A stretch of 64,000 nucleotides of DNA from Piromyces finnis finn (GCA_002104945.1 MCFH01000014.1:620001-684000); one strand, 5' to 3'; positions 41,788 through 55,532 are shown, numbered from the stretch's first letter. Numbers and translations are program-made. The notes: generated by a model not told the origin, from the letters alone.

Positions 41788-42186
41788 GTTTATTATTATT
41801 ATTATTATTATGTTTATGTTTATGTTTATGTTTATGTTTATCTTTATCTTTATTATGTTTATTATTACTGTCGTTGTTGTTGTTGTTATTGTTGTTACCT
41901 TTCTTTTCAGTAAATAATTTTTCTTTATTTCTTTGAAGAATTTCCAAAACAACATTGACGCCACTACCTGTTGAACTACTGTTTTCATTGGATTTGAAAT
42001 TATTATTATTAGTAGTAGTAGTAGTATTACTATTTTTTCTTTTAATGAATTCTAATTTTCGTTCTTCAAAACTTTTAGGTTTAAATATGGGTTTCTTTTT
42101 TTCTTTTGCTACTGAAACATTATTTCCTTTTTCCTTGACACTTTCCTCATTTTTACTACTTTTACTATTGCTATCACCACCACTAC

Positions 42187-42219
<33 letters not shown>

Positions 42220-44170
42220 TTTCTGATAGGGTATCGCTCTTTTCCCCTTCTCTTGATCTATACCTATTAGATCTACGTTTTCTAAGTTCATCGGGTGAAA
42301 GTTCATCTTCAGAAAAAGTGAGCTCTTCCAACGTGCCAACATTATCATAATTTTTATGATTTTTTTCAAATTCTTCCTCATACATTTTTTGCTGATGATA
42401 ATTTTGATTGTATTGACTATACATCGAATTCAATTTTTTTGAAGAAGCAGATTGGGTATCTTTTTTTGGATACTTTGTTGAATTTTCATGTTCATTCTCA
42501 CTTTCTTTCTCCCTTTCTCTTTCTTTATTCCTATCTCTATCCTTTTCTCTTCTCTTTTCTTTCTCTCTCTCTCTTTCCCTTCTTTCTCTTTCCTTTTCCC
42601 TTTTATCATCTTTATGATCCGAATTTCTTGAATAATCATTTTTTGAAAAATCATAATCCTTGTCTCGATAATGACTTTTTTCTCTTGTCGAATCATTATA
42701 ACTTTTTAAATGGTAATACTCATTAACAGAATCATTGTTCATTTTATCATTATTATTTGAATAAAATGAGGGTGTATAACCATTATTATTATTATTGTTG
42801 TTGTTGTTGATGTTATTGTTGTTACCACCGTTATTACCACTAATATTTCCATAAAAATTCGTAGTAGTAGTACTATTTATTTCATGATTAATATTATTTT
42901 GATAAATACCATGAGTAAAATTGTTATAATTATTCATTCCATAATTATTATCATTACTTTTACTATTGCTACTATTCTTGTTTTCATTATTATTATTATT
43001 ATTATTAACAAAAAATTTAGTGGTGGTGGTGGTGTCGTCAGACGTTACACTATAGTCACTACTATTAAATTTTAAAATTTCCTCTGGACTTTGAAGTTGT
43101 TTCTGAAATTCTAGTATTTTATTAGATAGAGTAGAATTGGAAGGCACGGAGGGTCGCATATTAACATTTTTGGGCTTGTTATTAATAACATTTAAAATAT
43201 TTAAAATGTTACTATAGTCCGCTTTACTCAAACTGAAATTTGAATTAGTATTGGTATTATTGGTATTTGTACTACTGTTACTAAATTCATTTTCTGTATT
43301 TTGATTATTTTCCATAAAATTGTTATTACTGGTATTATTATCTTTTTGAAAATAAGCATTAGCGTTATTTACCATACAATTGTTTGTATTGTTGTTATTC
43401 ATAAAACCATTATTAAATGAAAAACACTGTACCAAATTGCTAAAATCATTATTATCACCTTTACTAATACCATTAATGTTGCTGTTGTTATTGTTGAAAA
43501 TAAAACTGGAATTATTTATAAAATCATTATCCCCAGTATTCTTATTATTTAGTATATTAATATTATCATTGTTGTTATTGTTACCATTATTAAACATAAA
43601 ATTATTTACAAATTGATTATTATTATTATTATTATTGCTATTGCTATTAATGAAATTTCCTATAGAATTATAATTCATATTATTATTATTTCCTGTATCC
43701 ATGTTCATATTCATATTCATATTTGTAGCCATATTCATATTTAAGTTCATATTATTACTACCCAATGAAGAAAATGCTGACCCATTGAACATAGGCATAG
43801 AATTGAAATTAAAACTTTCATTTGAATTATTGTTATTACTATTATTATTATTGAATATTGAATTGGAAAAATCATTCATCCCGTTAAAGGATGAATTATT
43901 CTCCATTATATAATCATTATCATTATTACTATTAATAATATTATTATTTTGTGGATTACCAAACAAGAATTGAGGATTGTTCTTTTTTACAAATTTATAA
44001 AAGATTTATATAAAAAAAATAATAATAATAAATTACTAATTATTATATATCATACATTTTTCTTTTCTTGTAAAAATTTGTTATAATATATATACATTAT
44101 TAAATGTAAAAAAAGAAATATTTATTTACGTAATATTGTCTTTTTTTTAATACTTTACCTGATTATTCAT
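40201..44170 (-). CDS. Large Asn-rich protein with an Arg/Glu-rich segment and a conserved C-terminal DUF2458-like helical domain, multi-exon
   Basis: 12-nt first exon (ATG AAT AAT CAG), ~2 kb N-rich exon, then phase-consistent exons ending QEKRKKEALAKQIIG..CDSFIIQQLDNEIERQQKILEE/AKVPLFCVTKNPETITFQKKILSLII*. Family assignment is from memory only. Confidence 0.72.
41690..41895. repeat. Compound (TAT)n/(TATGTT)n microsatellite, probably intronic
   Basis: Visible repeat. The minus-strand exon appears to end at AAAG|gtaac near 41898 and the frame resumes near 41637. Confidence 0.9.
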
Positions 44171-45429
44171 AATCCTCTACTACTACATAGATTTTTTTTT
44201 TTTTTTTTAAAAAAAGGTGACTTTAAAAACTTTTTTTTTTATTATTAATAAATCTCTTTTAAAATTTTTTAATTAATTTATTGTAATATATATTTTTATT
44301 TAGTTAGTTTATACTGTATTATATGGTATTTATTTAATTTAATATATTATAAATGATTTTCTCTTTAAAAATTTAATTTAATTTCTTTTCATTTCCAAAA
44401 AAAAAAAAAGTTGATTTCGGCGGTATGCTGCACTTTTTCAAGTATCCTTTACACCTCATTCAACATTAATTTATTATTAATTCAATATAAAAGAACATTT
44501 TTTGATAATAATGAACATATTATTCTTTTATTTTCATTTCTATTATTAATATTTTTCTTAATTAAAAAAAAAAAAAGTAAAAGACTAACTTGTAGAATAA
44601 AAAAATACGTTAGTGATTTTTTTACAAGCTATAACGATTAGAAACCCTATTATACTATTATATAAAACTAAAAAAGAGTTTAAGCAAATTACCTTTCATG
44701 GCATTTTTTAAAAAAAAAAATATTATTATTATTAAATTACATTAGAATTTATTGAACGAACAACTTTCAACCCAATTCAAATATTAATTAATATTAAAAA
44801 GAAATTTTAAAAGAGATATTTACAAAACTCTTAAAAAAAGCAAAACAATGGCATTTAAAAGTATTAAGTAATTAAATAGAAAAATATCATTTCATTTTCA
44901 TATATACATCTTTTTAATTTCATTATACATTTATATTGTTAGAGATGAGCTTTTTTTTTAAAAAAAATCATAATAAGAAATATATAAAAATTATAAATAA
45001 ATAATACTCTTTAAAATCAATATAACCATTCCAACTTCAACTTCATAATCATTATAAAAACAAATAAGCCATTAATACTAATTATAACAAATATTTAAAT
45101 AAAAAGACGATGAAGACTTTCTTCTTTTTTTCAAATCTTTAAAGATTTTATAACAAAAAAAACAAAATATAAAAAAGATGATTGGTTAAAATTAAAATTT
45201 TAAAATTATAATTATTTTTTTTTTTTTAATCCACTAAAATAAAAAAAAAAAGTTGTTAATGCAATATAATTGTGAAATTTAAAAAAAAAAAAAGTAATTA
45301 TAAAATCATTTTTTATATACAAAAAAAAAAAAGAGAGGAAGGAAAAGAAAATTTAAAACCTTTTCAATTATATAATTAACAAACATTATTTAATATTTAT
45401 CAATATTATTATTAAAGTAAAAACTCAAA

Positions 45430-47046
45430 ATGCCAAAGACAAGTCAAAGAAAAAAAAATTGAAAAATCAAGATTTTCAAGTATAGTTTTATTAAATTTTT
45501 ATATTATTAATTTCAAAAGAAATAGGATTGTAAAAATATTTTCGAAAATAACATCATCAGTGAATTTACTTGATTTATTATAAATTCAATGTTAATTTTT
45601 TAAAATAAATAAATAAAACACACACACACACACAACAAAGGATTTCAAAATTAATTTTTTTTTTTTTTTATTATTTTTTTAATTTGATACATATACCTAT
45701 TATACTTTTATTTACTCGTTAAAGAAACAAAAATTAAAAGTTGGTAAAAAGAAACTTGCTCCATCTACCCAAACAGACATTTCATTTAAATCAAAAGGTA
45801 TTCAAAATTTCATTAAACAATAATTTTAATGCAATAATAAATTATCATGAAATTTAATTGTTATAATCCAAATGAAATTTCATTAATGAAATTTTAATTT
45901 TTTTTTTTTTTTTATAATTTTCAACAATTATTAATTCATATTTTTTTAAAAAAAAATAAATACATATCAATTATATAATAGCCATTTATATACCTGACCA
46001 AGGTATAACAGAAGAAAAAAAAAAAGAGGTTACCAATTCAAGAAATTTAACATTAAAAGAATTATTAGTTCAAGTAAAACATTATAGTAGTGTTACCAGA
46101 AAAGGTAGCTAAGAATTTGCAATAATATATATTCTTCCAATGAATAAGAATATTTTTTTAATATCAATAATAATATTACTATAATGTTAGATGCCCTCAA
46201 TGGTATTAAAGAAATTTATACAAATTATCCTGATGAAATATTCTTAAATTTGGGAACAATTTTCGAAAAAACTATACCAGTTTTAGTAGACAAGGTATTT
46301 TAACTATTATTAAAGTAATGAAATTTTTTATTAGAAAATTATATTGAAATAATAAAATACTTATTTGTCAAACAGGAACCGGATGTTCGTTTAGCTTTAT
46401 TACAATTTTTTAAAGCTTTAATTCCAGATTTAAAACAAGTAATTAAAAATAATAATAATAATAATAAATTTATATAAAAAAATTTTAAAATTTTAAATTA
46501 TTAAAAAATTTTATGTAAAAAAAAAAGGACCAAATTAAACCATTTATGTCTGTATTTATGGCTTATTTATGTTCAGCAATGACTCATATTTTAGAAGATA
46601 TTCGACTTGATTCTTTAAAATTTTTAAAATTATTCATCGATAATCATCCAACTTTAACTATTCATTATTCAAATAAGGTACAATTTATAATATACCTATA
46701 TATAATTTAGTCGAAAATAATTATAAAAATATTAATATCAATGGTGGAAATATATATATATATATATATATATTAATATAGTTAATTCCAAACTTTTTAA
46801 ATCATTTAACTGGGGATATGAAAATGAATTCAAAATCAAGTAAATTCAAATTTCAAATTTATATACAATAAATATATAAAATATAAATATATACGATATG
46901 AATGATTAATTCGGATTTTTCTATAATAATTTATATAAATATTATAAAGATTCATCATCACTTTCAAGTTCATTATTAGTTAATCCAAAAAGTAAACTTG
47001 GTTCTACCAAAGTATATATTTAATTAAAATATAAATTATATTATCG

Positions 47047-47083
<37 letters not shown>

Positions 47084-47253
47084 TTAATATTCCTTTAAAC
47101 CTTTTATATATTTTTATAATAATATAATTTATTATATAATTATATTAAATGACAATAATAGTCTCGTGCTGCTATTTTATCCAGTTTTTATGATTTCTTA
47201 TCGATTATTATTAAAGAAGAAAAAATAAAGTAATAAAATAATTATTTGAAAGA

Positions 47254-47285
<32 letters not shown>

Positions 47286-50164
47286 GAAATTATTATAATA
47301 ATTTATAGCAAAAATGATTTTTGTTATTCGCTACTTATTATTTTATATTATTTATTCTTCTTTACTCATTTTATTCTTAATTCGATTTTAATTTGTATAA
47401 AGTGGAAATAAACAGGAAAATGAAGAAATAAAAGATAATATTAATTGGAATAAACAATCTTCCATATCCCTCTACTCTAATACCGAACATGTTTACAATA
47501 AATATAACGATAGTCACAATACATTAAGTATTTTTAATGCTGAACAAAAAACAAATAAAAATCCAGATAGAATTGATAAAGATAGTCTCGGTATTTCCGA
47601 AACCAATACTTTTTTAAAATCCCAAGATATTAAAAACTCATACAATTTAAATGATAAAACTCAATTAAAAGTAAATATAGAATGAACCGAAATTTTATTA
47701 AATATTAGTTAAAACTATTTCTACCCATTATACAATATTATTATTCCATTACAATTATTTTAATTCAAATTGTTATATTTCTATTATTATTGTATATATA
47801 TTATATTATATATTTGAAATAAATAATATTCTAGGATTTTATGGATGTTTTACTTCCAGTATTATTTAATTGTTGGATTGAAACTAGTTCAGATGCTTTC
47901 ATTGGTAATGTAAATTTCTCTCCAGCTTTAGTAATTATAAAAACTATTATTCAGATTCAAAACTTGGTTTGGAAAAAATATTCTGAAAATCAAACTGAGG
48001 CCAATTCATGGGTGGAATCTTATTTAAAACTTATAATTAATCATATGATGATTTATTTCCCATTTGGAAGTGAAAAATGTTCGATAAAAGATCAAAAGGT
48101 ATATTGAGTACATTTTAAAATTATGGAATAATTATATTATTTTTAATGAATTAAAATATATATATATATAGTATTAGAAATATGGTACTAAATATAAATA
48201 TAATAAATTATAATTTTTTAAATGTTAAAATTTTTATCTATAAATTATTAAAGACTGAAGATTATGTGAAAGAAATAAATATCAACTTTTGTGAATTGCT
48301 ATCAATATTCTTATCCTTAGAATGGGATGATAATTCAAAACTTATTCATGTTTGCTTAAATAATTTAATGAAATACTTTAATATTTTCTTTGGAAAGGTA
48401 ATATTACTCTATCCCCTTTTTAAAATATTAAGATCAATTCATAATAAATATAATAATTTTAAAAAAAGAATAAATAAATAAATTAATAAATTTTTAAATA
48501 TTAATATATTATTTTTAATAATGATATTCTTATTTTCAAAAATACGCCAGAGAAAGAATAATAAATTTGTTATGATTAATGATATAAAGGCAGAACATTT
48601 GAATACACTTTTCCCAGCTATCTTAAAATTAATTAATTCTTTACCAGAAAATGATGTTATCAAGATTATTGATGTAAGTAAAGGAAACCATTTAAATAAT
48701 AATTTTATATTTAATTATTTCAATTATCCATTTATTTAATAATTTTTCCTATTTTTTTTTTTTATTTATTTTATTTTATTATTATTATTTAAAACTTCAA
48801 TAGATCATAAGTGAATACTTTATAAAGGTTCATTCCCAATCTGGTGCTAAAAGAGCTTTAATAAGTTTTATAAATCAATTATTAGATGAAAATGAATTAT
48901 TCTACCAAAGTCCAGTCTTCTTTGATCATATGAAAAAGATATATTCTTCATTATCTAGACTTATGTGGGAATTAAAAACTATATATTTAAAAACAACCGA
49001 GGTTTGTATTCAAAGTAAACAACATTTTTAATTATTTTATTATTATTCCTATGAAATATAGATACTAATTTTATTTAACAAATAAAAAAATAAAATAAAA
49101 TAAAATAAAAATGTATATAGACCATATTTGATATATTATTAAAATTATTTAAATTTGGAATCAGTTTCCAAGAAAGAATTGTAAGTATATTTAAATAGGA
49201 ACATTTTTTTTATAAAAATTAAAACTTTTTTTTTTTAGAGTTAATATAAAAAAAAAAAAAATAGTTTTCTTCATTAACCCTTTTAAATATCTTAACTAGC
49301 AATTCTTTGAAAGTTTACAAATGACAATGATACCATACTTTTACGTTGAAATTCCAAATAAAGGTAAGCATTAATATATAAATTAATGTTTAAATATATT
49401 GTATATAATTGAAAAAATATTAAAAATATATATATACAAATATATATAATAAAAAAAATTTTTTATTAATATATGAAATAACAGGAAGTGTATTTGGTCC
49501 TTTTATTCAATTACCATCCAATTTACAAAAGAAATTAATTAATGTTATATATTACTTCCCATCAATTAACGAAAAATTCTTTAAATCTCTTTTAATATGT
49601 TGTAAAAGTAATAAATCTCTATTATTATTCCTTTTCTTTTTAATAAAAAGTACTATTTGATTAATCCTTTCATTCTTTCCATTTTTTAAAAGATCAATAC
49701 CTTTCATCAGAATCTGTTGATAAAATACTTGAAGTATTTGAATTACGTCAAAATCTACCCTACACTAATAAAATAATACCAAAACAATATTTGAGTTTCA
49801 TTCTATCTATATTATTGGGATATAATCATAGTGAAATAGAGAAATTAAATGAAAGATATTTAGATAAACAAGTTATACCAGCATTAAAAGCACAAGAAGT
49901 TTTATCCAATTCAAAAAAGAGAAAAATTGATGATGGTAATTTATTCATTATAAATTAATTTAATATATTATTATATATTATTTCATTTTTGCATATAACT
50001 ATTATGGAATAAATATATTATAATAATATATTATTTATTTATTTATTTATTTATTTAAATCTTAAATTATTAAAAATAATAGATGAAATTGAAGCAAAGA
50101 ATGAGCAAACTTTATTATTATGGAAACGTCAAAGAGATATTAATAATGTAACCATTCCAATAAC

Positions 50165-50260
<96 letters not shown>

Positions 50261-51385
50261 TACTAAAATTTAAATAATAATCTTCTTATTTGTTTATTTT
50301 TTTTTTATTTTTATTTTTTTTATTATTATTATTATTATATAATTTATTATATAATGAATATAGAGCGTTGTAAAGAGATTAAGATCATTAAATGGTATAC
50401 CTCAAGATAAAATTTTAAATTTACTTGAACCATTTACAATAAAAACTTTTGTAAGTCATTTTTCAAAATACTTTTTTTTTTATAAAAAAAATTTTTTTTT
50501 CACCAATATAAATTAATACTATCGTTTTTTTTTTTTTTTTTTTCAAAAATCAGAATAATTCATTACCAGATCATTCATTATATGGATTAATCTATGTCAT
50601 AGTACATTTTATAAATTATAAGGAAACCTGTTCCAAGAATTATATTCATATAATTTGTGAAAATATTTCAAGATTATTAGAAGCTACATGGAGTAAAGAT
50701 AATTATATGGTATGTCCAACGAAATTAATTTTAATTAAAAAAAATAGACATCAAATTAAATATATATATATGTGATAAAATAAAAAACATTTCTTTTTTT
50801 ACTCATCCTTACTAACATTTTATTTTATAATATAATTTGAAATATAAACCAACAGACCACCCCAGAATACAAATTCATTTATAACTTAACAAAATTTATA
50901 TTTAATAATCTTTATTTAGAAATGATAAATTATTTATCCAAAGGTAAACTTTTTATATATTAACCAAAAAAAAAAAAAAAAAAAAAAAGACAAATAAATA
51001 AAAAATATAAAGTATGATAGCTTATTAAATAATTTATAATTTTCTCTGATACATTTTATATATTATATACATATATATAACATATATATAGCCATTACTG
51101 ATATAAATAAAGCCAAGATGGCCTATAGATTATTAAATGATATAATATTAAAGTTAGAACCAAAAATAATACGTAGTATTCAAAGTTTAAAGGTTTTAGT
51201 TCATGTAAGTGTTAAAAAAATAAATAATAATGGATATATAAAAAATTGGCAAATCGATAAATATCAATATTAAACTTTTTTTATTATTTTATCATATATT
51301 GAAATTGTAGGAATTAAAAAAGACTTTAACAAATCAACAAGAAACTGAAAATCTTCAAAAAATATTACAATTTTTAGACTATTAA
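45430..51385 (+). CDS. IPI1: Rix1-complex pre-rRNA processing protein Ipi1/TEX10, many exons; apparent 1-nt indel in exon 1
   Basis: N-terminus QDFQ/KQKLKVGKKK..QTDISFKSK/AIYIPDQ..LKELLVQVKHYSSVTRK/DALNGIKE..DVRLALLQFF..AMTHILEDIRLDSLKFL matches the Ipi1_N/TEX10 signature. Exons continue to FLDY* at 51385. Confidence 0.9.
50160..50260. repeat. (TAA)n microsatellite in an IPI1 intron
   Basis: Directly visible pure triplet run of about 100 bp. Confidence 0.95.
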
Positions 51386-52327
51386 AAAAAAAAAAAAAAA
51401 AAAAAAAAACTATTGAATAAATAATCTTTTTTTTTATCCTTTTAACATTTTTTTTTTATTATTATTATTACTATTTATCTATTTATTTACAATTATTATT
51501 TCATTTTCAAATAAATAATTATTTTTATAATGATGATAATAATAGTTTTCCCTATTATTTCATTTTATACATTTTATAAATTTTTATTATTTATTTAGAA
51601 TTAGATATTTAACAATAAACACTATATTATGTAAAATATATATCTATATCTATTTATAAAATATATATTAACTTTTTTTTTTTTAATATTATTATTAATT
51701 TCTTCTTAGATAAAAAAAAAAAAAAAGAAAAGAAAAGAAAATATTTTTTAATATAAATAAAAAAAAAAGTATTTTATAATAAAATAATACATATAATTCT
51801 TTTTATTGTTGTTATTGTGGTGGTGGTGGTGGTAGTGGCGATTGCATATTAAATGAACAAACTTTTAATAAAAAGATTGAGTACTATATTTGTAATATAA
51901 ATATAATTTTGTTGGTATGCCAGAATAAAAATAAAACTACTATTCAAATCAAAAAAAAAAAAAAAAAAAAAAATTACAATTTAGTACACTCTTCTTATTT
52001 ACATATGTTTTTAAAAATTAAGAGATTAATTTTATTTATTTACATTATTTTTTTTTTTTTAAAAAAAAAAAAAGGTATTTTATAAAAGAAAAAGAAATAC
52101 ATTATGATACAATGACTTTAAAGTTTATTTATTATACATTATACTCATATTATATACATAATATTAAACAATTAATAATTAATAATATGTTTTTTTTTTT
52201 TTTTTTCGTTGTTGTTTGTTGTTGTTGTTATTTCGTTTGTAATATTTCAAACCTTAAATGGATCTATACATTCTATTTGACATTTTATTCAATATGATTT
52301 TCTTAATATATATGATTAATAGTTAAT

Positions 52328-53491
52328 TTATTCGTAGCATTGTTTTAAAATTTCCAAGATTTCAGCATGGGTAATCTTTTTGTAACCACCACTTTCACGA
52401 CTAGAATTAGCAATGTCAGGTAACATTTCTGGAGTAGCACCAAGTTCCTTAAGAGTAGTAATCATACCACATTCCTTAGCAAACTTTTCCATACAATCAA
52501 TACCTTCAAGAGCAACTTGTTCATCAGTCTTACCAGTGGCGTCAACCTTCCAGATTTCCTTGGCAAAACGAACAAATTTGTGAAGACCGAACTTGTAAAT
52601 GTAACGATAGTATGGCATAGAAATAGCACATAATCCCATACCGTGAGCGCAGTTAGTGTAAGCACTAAGTTGATGTTCAATTCCGTGAACCTCCCAATCT
52701 TGAGTCTTTGATTTTCCTGGAATACCACATAAAGCAAGAGAAGAACACCACATAATATTACTTCTGGCTTCATAATCTGTTGGATTTTGAACAGCAATTC
52801 TTGCAGAATGAACAACACTTTTGTATAAACTTTCTATGATATAATCTGAGGTGTTATCATCATCACCAGAAAAGTATTGTTCCATCAAGTGGGACATACA
52901 ATCGAAGATACCACTAACCATTTGGTATTTAGAACAGGTAAAAGTAAATTCTGGATTTAAAATTGAAAAATCTGGATTAAAAAGAGCTCGACCTGCTTTT
53001 ATTTTATTGACGGTATCACTAATAACACTACCAGCATCCATTTCACTACCAGTACCAACCATAGTTAAAACAGTACCAATTGGAACCATTTTAGTATCTT
53101 GTAACGGTTCACGATTAATCCAATAGCTCTTAAAAACATCATCACCTTCATAGTAAGCTGCAGCAGACATACCCTTGGCACAATCAATAACACTACCACC
53201 ACCAACTGCTAAAATAAAATCAATATCATTATCTTTTATCATTTTAGCACCTTCAAGCATTTTAGTTAATGCTGGATTTGGTAAAACATCTTTACATTCA
53301 AAAACTTCCTTTTCACATTTCTTTAAAATGGCAATAACCTTATCGTAAATACCATTCTTTTTGATGGAACCTCCACCATAAACAAATAAAATTCTTTTTC
53401 CATATTTTTTCAATTCAATTTCTAAATTATTTAATGAATCCTTACCAAAGTAAATCTTTGTTGGATTATGAAAAGTAAAATCGTATTTCAT
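52328..53491 (-). CDS. Iron-containing alcohol dehydrogenase, BdhA/YqhD type (copy 1), intronless
   Basis: 387 aa. YGGGSIKK (2'-phosphate-binding loop), AVGGGSVIDCAK, GTGSE, and metal ligands D..H (FDCMSH) and H-x13-H (VHGIEHQLSAYTNCAH). Confidence 0.95.
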   Translation of the reverse strand: MKYDFTFHNPTKIYFGKDSLNNLEIELKKYGKRILFVYGGGSIKKNGIYDKVIAILKKCEKEVFECKDVLPNPALTKMLEGAKMIKDNDIDFILAVGGGSVIDCAKGMSAAAYYEGDDVFKSYWINREPLQDTKMVPIGTVLTMVGTGSEMDAGSVISDTVNKIKAGRALFNPDFSILNPEFTFTCSKYQMVSGIFDCMSHLMEQYFSGDDDNTSDYIIESLYKSVVHSARIAVQNPTDYEARSNIMWCSSLALCGIPGKSKTQDWEVHGIEHQLSAYTNCAHGMGLCAISMPYYRYIYKFGLHKFVRFAKEIWKVDATGKTDEQVALEGIDCMEKFAKECGMITTLKELGATPEMLPDIANSSRESGGYKKITHAEILEILKQCYE

Positions 53492-54174
53492 TTTGTTGTA
53501 TTATCAAAAAAATAGAATATATATTATAAATATTTAAATAAATTGTTAATGATTATTTCTTTTATTGTCTTTTCTAGATAGTATTAATTTTTTATATTTT
53601 TTTTTTTTAATAAAAAAATTGATATTTTTCATTAAAACGAAAAATTAATAACAATAATAATAATAATATCCAATCAGTGCTAAGATTTTTAATTCATTTG
53701 TTTTTCTTTAGGTTAATGAATATTTTTTAATTAATTGAATACTTTACAATGAAAGTTTTTAAAAGTTTAAAACTTTTATATATATAGAAAAAAAAAAAAA
53801 AAAGGTAAAGAAAACCTTTTATTAAAATAAAAAAGATGGATTTCCATGTTCTAGTAATATATATATATAAATAATAAAGAAAAAAATACATACATACAAT
53901 TTATTTTTGTTATAATTTTTTTTTATTATAATTAATAAATATCATTTATAAATAGATATATTTATATTGTCTATACTATATTACAATGGTTTATCATTAA
54001 ATTTGAAATATTATAAAAAAAAATGATGAAAAGAACAAACTTAAATATAATAATATATTTTATATATAATATATATTATATATTTAATAATTAAATTAAA
54101 ATTATTTAGAAATATTTTTTATATACACCATAATGTATAAATATTTCTTTACTATTATTTTATATATGTGTGAA

Positions 54175-55497
54175 TTATAATTTTTGGTAGATACAACCAA
54201 TTCTATCAATTTCATCTTTAGCAGAACCAATAAAACCAGTAATAGCGTATCCTTGTGGTGGATAAAAGTTCATTACATTTTTACTATTATAACGACCACC
54301 AGAAATTTCGGTACCAAAATTGGTAATTAATCTTAGGTAGGAAACACGATTTGAACTAGTTAAACTTTTTGTAGCTTTACAAACAGTCATTGAAGTAATG
54401 TATTCACCTTCTTTAAAGTAATATGTTTTTTCATTACCACCACGGCCACCAGTAAAAACGGAACCAGTACCTTCATAGGTAAACCCTACTCTATCAATTC
54501 TATCTCCTGAGGCAATGGTAACACTGATTGGTAATCTATTTTCATTAATTTTATCAAGGAAAGAAAAACCTTGACCACCACTACCTCCATAGGTATCTGT
54601 GGTTTGGAAGATGTTGATTAATTTATAATCAATTCTTGAAGTAATTGGATAATGATCAGAAAGTTGACGACCTTGACGATCAGTAAATTCAGTTAGTAAT
54701 AATTTAAAAGTAGCTGCATTAATTTCAATATTTTTTCCACTTCTAAACCAAATCTTATCTACCACTTCTCCCTTTTCACCAAGTTGATCAACCATAAGAG
54801 AATTACCTTTTGTAGGAGCAACTCCACCCATTATATTTTGAACCCAAGCATCCTTTAAATTGCATGGCTTTAAAAGGACTTCCTCAAGGTCATCACCCTC
54901 TCTAGTATACCTTGAATTTGTATCACCAAATACAATAACTGCCTTACCAGCAGATCTAGTCTTAATGTATTCAGCAAGTTGTGCCATATTTGAACGTCTT
55001 GCAGCAAGGGATCCTTCATCAATATCAGCATCCGTATGAAGATTATAAATATCTATGAAATAGCCTTGCTCTATTTCAATGGATGAATATAAAAATCCTT
55101 TTGGAATCATTTGATCTGCACCATTAGTAATAAATCCATGAGTATCCTTCCATGCAACTCTAGTCGTTACACATAATGGAAATCTTGAAAAAGTCATTAA
55201 ACCATCACCAATAGGAACATTACCAGAGAATTCTGTTCTATATGGGAATTGAATCTTTGATGTGAGTTCTTTATTATAGGCGAAATCTTCTTGAACATTA
55301 ACAATATCATAGTCATTTAATTTTGGGCTAATTTGATAAGTATATTCAGCTGGTGAACTACTAGAAAGTATAGCAGGTAAACCACCAACATTATAACTTA
55401 AAATATTGAAAGAGCCATTATAATATTCATTATTTCTTTTAACACTTTTACCATTAACACTACAATAGTAAGTAAAGACTTCTACCATGAAATACAA
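54175..55497 (-). CDS. Endonuclease/exonuclease/phosphatase (EEP) domain fused to a C-terminal jacalin-like lectin domain, intronless; start uncertain (first ATG at 55488)
   Basis: EEP motifs SYNVGGLP, NVQEDF, YNLHTDA, FGDTNSR, DKIWFR and SDHYP. Jacalin-like beta-prism from TDTYGGSGGQGF to GFIGSAKDEIDRIGCIY. Confidence 0.88.
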   Translation of the reverse strand: MYFMVEVFTYYCSVNGKSVKRNNEYYNGSFNILSYNVGGLPAILSSSSPAEYTYQISPKLNDYDIVNVQEDFAYNKELTSKIQFPYRTEFSGNVPIGDGLMTFSRFPLCVTTRVAWKDTHGFITNGADQMIPKGFLYSSIEIEQGYFIDIYNLHTDADIDEGSLAARRSNMAQLAEYIKTRSAGKAVIVFGDTNSRYTREGDDLEEVLLKPCNLKDAWVQNIMGGVAPTKGNSLMVDQLGEKGEVVDKIWFRSGKNIEINAATFKLLLTEFTDRQGRQLSDHYPITSRIDYKLINIFQTTDTYGGSGGQGFSFLDKINENRLPISVTIASGDRIDRVGFTYEGTGSVFTGGRGGNEKTYYFKEGEYITSMTVCKATKSLTSSNRVSYLRLITNFGTEISGGRYNSKNVMNFYPPQGYAITGFIGSAKDEIDRIGCIYQKL

Positions 55498-55532
55498 TGC
55501 AAGTTTTACTAATTATCAAAATATAATATATT

